Shown in pieces: positions 58,601 to 64,000 of a stretch of DNA of 64,000 bases. The stretch comes from Felis catus. Taxonomy: Eukaryota. Each line of letters opens with the position of its first letter. The first letter of the stretch is position 1. The notes beneath the pieces are model-generated. The model worked only from the letters and a program-made list of their open reading frames with translations, did not search any database and was not told where the DNA came from. The DNA is taken from positions 170,502,001 to 170,566,000 of the forward strand of contig NC_058368.1 of assembly GCF_018350175.1 (NCBI RefSeq), read 5' to 3'. The position numbers and the translations under genes were made by a program.

Positions 58601-59996
58601 TATAGAAGTGATGCAGAGCTTCTTAAAAATGATCAGGATGATGTTGGACAGGAAGCGTGATTTTGAGTTAGCCCAGGCATATCTTGCATTGTTTCTAAAG
58701 GTAAGTCTGATGTAAGACAGTACTTCTCAGCTTGCCTTCCTCTAGGGTAGTACTGTCTGATAGAATTTTCTGCAAGGATGACAGTGTTTTATTCTGCATT
58801 GTCCAGCATGGCACCCACTTGGAGCTTTTGGCTATTGAGCACTTGAAATGTGGCTAATGAAACTAAGATACCAGATTTCTTATTTTATAGAGATTTAATT
58901 AATTTAAGTTAAATAGCTGTGTGTACTATTGGACAGCTGGACAGCACAACTTTGTAGTCTTTTCTTTTACTTAGCACAATTTTGACTCATCCACCTAACT
59001 TTTCTGTGTCCTCCATTTGATTCAGTATATTGAAATGTTAACTTTTTCAAGTCATCACATTTTGGCAGTTTTTCTATGATCATAAAGAGAACGTTAGGTT
59101 TTGTGTTGATTTTTTGTTTGTTTGCTTTTGTTTTTTCTGCTGCTGAAATCAAAATACTTCTATCCTGGTTGAAGGAGTTTCAAGTAATTTGGCAAGAACA
59201 GTTGTTTTTATGACTAACATAATGGAAAATTCCTGTTTATTGCAGTAGCATGTTTGTATTGAAGGAAGTAGATGATGCTGACTTGTGTTAACAGATAATG
59301 ATACTTCATCTTTCCTATTTGTATCTAAAATGAGTTTACACTTGATCTAATTATGTGCAACTTAAAGTAGACATTTAGATGGTAGAATATAGGATGAAAG
59401 AAATAGAATGCCACAAATTTTTTCTCTATCTTTTTCCAAAATTATCAAGTATAGTTTCTGAATATAAATGTACATAAATCTTTAGAAGATAAAGCAAAGG
59501 GCCCTCAATCATTCATTACCAGTAGGTTCCAATGAAAAGAGAAACCTTAAAGAAGCACAGAAATACAGAGTTAGTGTTAGAACTAGGATCTTGTTTCTGC
59601 ATCCATATTAGGACTTTCCTTAGGTAGAGGAGAGTGATGACAGCTTCAGTTCTACTAAGGGAGAGACAATACCATAAAGGAACTCATAATAAAAGTTCGA
59701 TAGAAGAGAGGGAAATGGAAATTGGTAATAAACCAGCATCTAAGGAAAAAATAGAATAGTATCTTCTGCTGTTCCTTGGTAAGAAGGTTAAATCTAGAAT
59801 AAACAAAATTTTAATTTTCTTAAATGTTACAATATTTTTCTTTCAGTTACATCTTAAATTGCTTCCTTCAGAACCAGTACTTCTAGAAGAATTGACAAAG
59901 TTGTCATCACAAGTGGAAGAAAACTGGATCCATTTACAGTCACTCTTCAATCAAAGCATGTGTATTTTAAATTATATAAAAAGTGCTTTGTTATAA
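19252..59996 (+). CDS. WDR36: WD repeat-containing protein 36 (UTP21 ortholog, SSU processome UTP-B subunit), 895 aa, 23 exons
   Basis: 23 GT-AG exons with consistent phases sum to 2688 nt; translation [29 protein letters not shown]...[15 protein letters not shown] matches mammalian WDR36. Confidence 0.98.
20508..20730 (-). mobile_element. CanSINE inserted in a MIR
   Basis: TSD ggtacctatttta / ggtacttatttta; MIR sequence on both flanks (ttttacagatgagga). Confidence 0.88.
20832..21692. mobile_element. MER58B-like hAT-Charlie DNA transposon relic, interrupted
   Basis: gggatcagctaattacagcctgcaagcca...tgtttttgta, and after the interruption acatttttaaatggttgg...aaattacatgaaaatcaaattt...ttattggaa...accctttgtagaaaacgttt. 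Confidence 0.65.
21214..21433 (-). mobile_element. CanSINE (WDR36 intron 1)
   Basis: TSD GTTTTGACATTT (21202-21213 / 21435-21446). Confidence 0.93.
21888..21915 (+). CDS. WDR36: WDR36 exon 2 (28 nt)
   Basis: aaacag|GTT CAG AAA CTT AGT CTG GTG GCA GTA A|GTAAGT (VQKLSLVAV). Confidence 0.93.
21977..22193 (+). mobile_element. CanSINE (WDR36 intron 2)
   Basis: gggggcacctgggtggctcag head; degenerate TSD aaaaatattaaattt / aaatatattaagttt. Confidence 0.92.
22285..22830 (-). mobile_element. Old L1 (L1MC-like) fragment
   Basis: cattgatatttttgaagagtataggccagtt...tagaatgtccttcaattt...aactttgatcattttattaagg...ttgtaattaataagtatcttgtgg. Confidence 0.6.
23087..23303 (-). mobile_element. CanSINE
   Basis: TSD GGGAATGAAAT (23076-23086 / 23305-23315). 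Confidence 0.9.
24012..24112 (+). CDS. WDR36: WDR36 exon 3
   Basis: (S)[33 protein letters not shown]. Confidence 0.95.
24472..27972 (-). mobile_element. 5'-truncated carnivore LINE-1 (about 3.2 kb, degraded ORF2) in WDR36 intron 3
   Basis: Poly-T tail at 24472; minus-strand ORF2 fragments [73 protein letters not shown] with multiple frameshifts. Confidence 0.95.
24525..24762 (+). mobile_element. CanSINE inserted in the 3' end of the L1
   Basis: TSD atccaagttagtgag / atccaagctagtgag. Confidence 0.88.
29057..29174 (+). CDS. WDR36: WDR36 exon 4
   Basis: [39 protein letters not shown]. Confidence 0.95.
30157..30289 (+). CDS. WDR36: WDR36 exon 5
   Basis: [44 protein letters not shown]. Confidence 0.95.
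31470..31700 (+). mobile_element. MIR SINE
   Basis: gcagcatgg...aagtttcttattttcttatctggataatggtgataatatctacctcatgg...gagtattaaataagttaata...cttagaatac. Confidence 0.6.
31773..31827 (+). CDS. WDR36: WDR36 exon 6
   Basis: (N)[18 protein letters not shown]. Confidence 0.93.
33264..33396 (+). CDS. WDR36: WDR36 exon 7
   Basis: [44 protein letters not shown]. Confidence 0.95.
33680..33855 (+). CDS. WDR36: WDR36 exon 8
   Basis: [24 protein letters not shown]...TNGADNALR. Confidence 0.95.
34165..34285 (+). CDS. WDR36: WDR36 exon 9
   Basis: [40 protein letters not shown]. Confidence 0.95.
34763..34828 (+). CDS. WDR36: WDR36 exon 10
   Basis: [22 protein letters not shown]. Confidence 0.95.
36104..36190 (+). 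CDS. WDR36: WDR36 exon 11
   Basis: [29 protein letters not shown]. Confidence 0.95.
37100..37310 (-). mobile_element. CanSINE
   Basis: TSD cagaattgctt / cagaatttctt. Confidence 0.88.
37481..37626 (+). CDS. WDR36: WDR36 exon 12
   Basis: [49 protein letters not shown]. Confidence 0.95.
38136..38330 (-). mobile_element. CanSINE
   Basis: TSD ttaaatacaccttt / ttaaatacagcttt. Confidence 0.9.
38497..38706 (-). mobile_element. CanSINE
   Basis: Antisense body ending ...atcatgacctgagccaaaatcaaaagttggac...gtcacccaggtgccc. Confidence 0.85.
39193..39520 (-). mobile_element. ERV solo LTR (about 330 bp) nested in the L1
   Basis: TG...CA termini (tgtagcagg...cctaccaca), minus-strand AATAAA near 39253-39258, and L1 sequence resumes on both sides. 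Confidence 0.65.
39705..39932 (-). mobile_element. Young felid CanSINE
   Basis: 18-bp perfect TSD TGATGTATATACATTTTA (39687-39704 / 39933-39950). Confidence 0.95.
41400..41608 (-). mobile_element. CanSINE inserted in a MIR
   Basis: TSD ctaacatgcattatttt / ctaacaggcattatttt. Confidence 0.88.
42147..42261 (+). CDS. WDR36: WDR36 exon 13
   Basis: [38 protein letters not shown]. Confidence 0.95.
42744..42909 (+). CDS. WDR36: WDR36 exon 14
   Basis: [55 protein letters not shown]. Confidence 0.95.
43148..43256 (+). CDS. WDR36: WDR36 exon 15
   Basis: [37 protein letters not shown]. Confidence 0.95.
44728..44948 (-). mobile_element. CanSINE
   Basis: TSD agggaatttgcattc / agggcatttgcattc; small internal duplication cccaaccga x2. 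Confidence 0.92.
45446..45525 (+). CDS. WDR36: WDR36 exon 16
   Basis: [26 protein letters not shown]. Confidence 0.95.
46863..47302 (+). mobile_element. Two tandem CanSINEs (about 46863-47078 and 47092-47302)
   Basis: Two heads (ggggcacctgggtggctcag; ggggtgcctgggcagctcag), each with its own CT tract and A tail. Confidence 0.92.
51136..51243 (+). CDS. WDR36: WDR36 exon 17
   Basis: (C)[35 protein letters not shown](W). Confidence 0.95.
52069..52248 (-). mobile_element. CanSINE
   Basis: TSD ctgatactctcaattattat / ctgatagtcccaattattat. Confidence 0.88.
52491..52731 (+). mobile_element. CanSINE
   Basis: TSD atgatttcccgaaacg / atgatttccctaaatg. Confidence 0.88.
52863..53075 (+). mobile_element. 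CanSINE (slightly 5'-truncated)
   Basis: TSD aaaataaagactccat / aaaataaagattccat. Confidence 0.88.
53308..53405 (+). CDS. WDR36: WDR36 exon 18
   Basis: [32 protein letters not shown]. Confidence 0.95.
53802..53947 (+). CDS. WDR36: WDR36 exon 19
   Basis: [49 protein letters not shown]. Confidence 0.95.
54146..54372 (+). mobile_element. Young felid CanSINE
   Basis: CpG-intact consensus-like body; TSD GAAATTGACTTTCA(G) at 54132 and 54373. Confidence 0.95.
56490..56609 (+). CDS. WDR36: WDR36 exon 20
   Basis: [40 protein letters not shown] (Utp21 C-terminal motif). Confidence 0.95.
56786..56867 (+). CDS. WDR36: WDR36 exon 21
   Basis: [27 protein letters not shown]. Confidence 0.95.
57739..57940 (+). 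mobile_element. CanSINE
   Basis: gggcacctgggtgggctcagtcagttaagc head; ...tcaaaataaataaacaaacatttaa tail. Confidence 0.85.
58513..58700 (+). CDS. WDR36: WDR36 exon 22
   Basis: [63 protein letters not shown]. Confidence 0.95.
58748..58948. mobile_element. MER3-like hAT DNA transposon relic
   Basis: ctgtctgatagaattttctgcaaggatg...tggctattgagcacttgaaatgtggcta...tttaattaatttaagttaaatagc...tattggacagc. Confidence 0.7.
59847..59996 (+). CDS. WDR36: WDR36 exon 23 (terminal coding exon)
   Basis: [49 protein letters not shown] then TAA. Confidence 0.95.
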   Translation, partial: LHLKLLPSEPVLLEELTKLSSQVEENWIHLQSLFNQSMCILNYIKSALL

Positions 59997-61545
59997 AAAC
60001 AAATTTAAATTACCAAATAAATCAAAGACTTTTGTATTAAATGGGTTCCGTTTAAGTCATACCTTATTTTCCAAGTTTCATATGAAAAGAAATGCCAGTG
60101 CTACTAACTAGTCAGTCATTCTTCACTTTAAATGCTAAATATTATCTTGAAATAAAATTTTACCTGTCATTTGTTTTAAAGACTTATAGAATCTACTCAA
60201 TGACTTATTTTCCAAGTCTCTTCACATCAGTTACCTTGTATATGACTTTTTTGAATTGTCATCATCAGCTCCTATTTTTTAAATATCTATAATGTAAGAG
60301 ATGCTAGGTATTTCATGTAAAAAAGTACTGAATTGAAAATAAACTGATATATAATATAGTATAAAAGTGCCTTTATGATTTGAAGGAAAAAGGCATGTTT
60401 CCTTCCTTGGTGGCCTTTGATGAAAACATGGATCATTGACTCTTAGAGCTTAGTTAGATCATTGACTCAGACATTAGTGCAGCCCACCTGTAATGCAGAA
60501 AAAGAAGCTGCTAAGGTCATTTTGGGATCTCCGTGACAGATCCAGATTTTCTAACGCTGCCCAGTGCCCTCTCCGTTAGAGCCTTTCTAAAGGAACTTGT
60601 TCTTTTATAAGTAAGGTGAGAGGCACTTTCACAAGGCAAATTGCTATAGGAGACAGTTGAATTAGATACCTAAGATAGGGGAGGGAAATTCTGGGCTCCA
60701 TTGAAGATATCCTTCAAAAATGTTTTTTCCTTAAAGATGGCCTTTTTATTTGGGAAGACACTACTGACTATGTACTTTTCTCCCCTAACCATTTCAAAAC
60801 CAGATAGCTCTGGAAGTTTCTCTCATCATTGTTTTCTTCTCATGATTTAAGACTTGAGCGAAACGTGAATTAACAAGAAGCAGTTCCTCCTCCTTGAAAA
60901 GTGCTGGAGGTCATCATGAAAGCTGCTTTGCCTCCTACTTGTGTCTGCTTTCCCTACTACCAAAAAAAGTCTTTTAGGATGGAGCTAAGGTCACAAATGA
61001 GTGAATGAACTTTTCAGTCTTCGTATCCGTTAACTGAAGCCCCATCAGTATGAGAAGTTGATAGAGGACTTAATAGTGGGATTATGCTATCACAAATGCA
61101 AATACTTTCCCAAATAGCAGAAAAAAGCAGAGGACAGTTGCCACTTACATGGTAGATCTTCGAGATACAATGTGATATGACTGCTTTGGTGTTCTTTTTG
61201 TCCTTGTAGAGGTGTGAAAAACTGTATTACTACAGGCAATTTGTTTAAGAATTGGAAGCCATATTGATAATGTAATATTTGTAAAGTTTAATCTACTTAA
61301 AAAAGATAAAGCAATTCCTAAAAGCACAGTTCTCTGAAAACAATTTTTAGTCTATACATTCAAAAGCAGTAGTATTCATAAAATGCAGCTGGTTGTATTT
61401 GAATACCAATATTCTCATTAGAAAAGGTTTTTACAGAATAATCTCTTGAAAGAATAGTCCTCACAAGATGATCAGTGATAACTTTAAATATCAAAGCATT
61501 TTTGTTTATAAGCTTAATAAAACTAGTGACTGAAATGTTAATAAT
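59997..61545 (+). terminator. WDR36 3' UTR with several candidate poly(A) signals
   Basis: AATAAA at 60016, 60151, 60338 and 61516; which are used cannot be determined from sequence alone. Confidence 0.5.
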
Positions 61546-61949
61546 GACTTAAGTCTAAAAACTATTTCCCTCTGCCCCAAATACTATATTCTAAAGATAT
61601 GGCAAAATGTCAATATATAACCATGTACCATGTGAATTTTATAAGTAACTAAAAAACAAAATAATAAGAGCTTAAGTTGATACTGTATTGCTTTTATAAA
61701 TCTTGAACTGAACTTTTTTCTCTCTTTCAAATGAGAACATAGGAGTTGAGTGTATCATTTCTATCAGAGGTATCTTTAGATAGTATTAACATCATTTTGG
61801 CAGGTAATCTTCCAGAATCTTTCCTGTATGTTCACATCAAGTAGGAAGGGAGAAAGAAATACAGAGAATGATTTTGAGTGTATATTTTTTCTTAAAATGT
61901 ATTGGTTTGTGCATACTGCTTTTCTTTACATTTCATATTACAAATGTGG

Positions 61950-64000
61950 CATATGACTGCATTTTACTTGTAAAATACATCAGAGAAAAGTCTATTTTTG
62001 ACAATCACCTTCAATCCCAATACCCTCCCTGTTAAGCACCAATTGTTAACTTTCTACCTAGACCTTTTTCCATGAATGTATATACATGCTATATATAAGC
62101 ACAGGAAATGAAGTGTATAGTTTCAATTTTTACCTAAATATATGCATATCATTCTACAACTTTTCTACTTGGCTTATTTCAGTATAATCACACCTAATTT
62201 CTTTACTTTGTTTAAAAAAAAAGAAAGATTGTTCCACAATTATTTAGTCTAAAATGGACACTTAAGGGAGTTTTGTTTTGTTTTTTCCTGATTACAAAAC
62301 AATGCTAAAGGAACATCATCCTGTATTACACTGTGCATAAAAGGATTTCTCTGTAGTATATGCTTAGGCTTTGAATTGTTGGACCCAAGTCAGGCAGTTT
62401 TAAAGGGATATTTCAAGAGATACTTCAGTTGGCTTCCAAAATGGCTGTTATCAATTTGCAGTTTCTTTGCAGCAATGGAGGAGTATCCATTTCCTAGGAC
62501 ACTTGATATTAGATTTTTAAATTTTTTATTTAATGAGTAAAAACTTGTTTTTTTTATTGTTTTAATTCAAAACTCTGACAGTAGTAAGGATGGGCATCTT
62601 TTCATGTTTATTTTAGACCATTTTTATATAACTTATGTGACTTGCCTTTTGGCAACATGGCTCATTTTTTTGTTGAATGATTTGTCATTATCTCATGGGT
62701 TTTTTTTGTTGTTGTTTTTCATATGGTGTAGATATTAGTCTTTTATGTCTGTTACCAATGTTTACTCATTGATCACTTGTATTTAAGTTTACTTATGGTG
62801 TCTTTTTTAATAGATGTTTTATATTTATATATACAAGTTGATAATTTTTATTACTTATTTCAAAATATAAAACATATTCTTTATTCTAAGACATTTATCA
62901 TGTGTGCATCCCATCAGTTCTTCATTGAGACTTGATTTTTGGAAGAGTAAGATATAGAGCTACTTTTATTCAAAAATTCAAAAACCATTAATGAATTCCA
63001 CTCTTCTCACTGATTGGAAATGCTGTTTTATTATGTGCTAAATTCTTTGAGATATTTGATATCCCAAATAAATAATAAATTGCTTCTAGTAACAATAAAT
63101 AATACATTGTTTCTAGTTTGCTGATGTATTTTCAGTTTTGTTGGGGTTAACATCTTCGTAATGCTTTTCCCAAAAATGTCTTGACTGTTGGTGAGCATAT
63201 CTTGAAGTTATGTTTTTGTGCTAAATTAATAGGATTTGGAGAGATTTACAATAGTATTTCTCTTCAAGAACAGTATGAATTCATTAAACTAGATCTTTTG
63301 TGGACTTGGTTTAATAAGACTTCTTTACATGCATTTTTGACAGATTTATTTCTGGGTGTTTAATTTTTGTTGCTATAGTGAAATAGACCTTTTTTCTAAT
63401 ACGTTTTATAATTGCTCATTGCTGTCATGGCAAAAGCAATTTTGTTTTTATATACTAATTTATTATGATGCTGCAGAACTCCTTTAAAAGTTTGTCAACA
63501 TTCTTACTTAAAAAATCCACAAGAATCCCATCTTTTCCAATTGATGAGATTATTTCCTATACAATATTCATATTTTATTTAATTGTTCTTAAGATTGCTT
63601 TAGCTAGTATCTAGCACAGAATGTTGGATACTGAAGTGTCTAGAAAGTAATAGTCTTGCTACTGACTTCAGTGAAAAAACTTTTAATGTGTCACCATTAA
63701 GGATAATATATGCTATGAATTTCTAGTAGATATCCTTTGTTCAGTTCTATTTTATGATTTTCTACTTAAAATTTAAACTAGTAGGTATAAAATTTTATTA
63801 AGTGATTATTCTGCATATATTGGAGGATCAGTATCTTTAGTGTCATTTAGTGAATTTTATTCAAAGATTTCTAATATTAAGTTATTTTTCATTCTTAGGA
63901 TAATAGAAATGTTTCCAAGTAAGATGAAACTAGTGTATTTTTCTGTTTCAAAGAGTTATCCTTGATTTTTTTTTTTTTTTAAGTAACCTCTAAACCCATG
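61950..64000 (-). mobile_element. Ancient, highly degraded L1 (L1ME-like)
   Basis: T-rich sequence with L1 antisense motifs (ttccaaaatggctgttatcaatttgca, gggcatcttttcatgttta, tgttgctatagtgaaatag, ttaatgtgtcaccattaaggataatat). Confidence 0.65.

Overview
Mammalian genomic DNA from a felid (cat family), judged from many Felidae-type tRNA-derived CanSINEs. It is the conserved TSLP-WDR36 locus, both genes on the + strand. TSLP (about 2620-7890) reconstructs as a 145-aa cytokine with 6 Cys and a polybasic KKKRKKR site. This requires a 4-nt coding first exon (ATG G at 2680-2683) spliced to 2868, because the position of the human/dog start codon reads ATA. WDR36/UTP21 (CDS 19252-59996) has 23 GT-AG exons summing to 2688 nt (895 aa) and lacks the human 56-aa N-terminal extension. 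The rest is introns and intergenic DNA with about 25 CanSINEs, several L1 fragments, MLT1/ERV LTRs, MIR/L2 and hAT relics. The most unusual observations are: the TSLP start-codon switch; loss of both short-form TSLP initiator Mets; a young SINE inserted next to the proximal TSLP poly(A) signal; a microhomology-bounded inverted copy of nearby DNA inside a SINE; and an inverted SINE pair around the 28-nt WDR36 exon 2. I see no wholly new gene system. Cross-species comparisons and repeat family names are from memory and need alignment or RepeatMasker confirmation.
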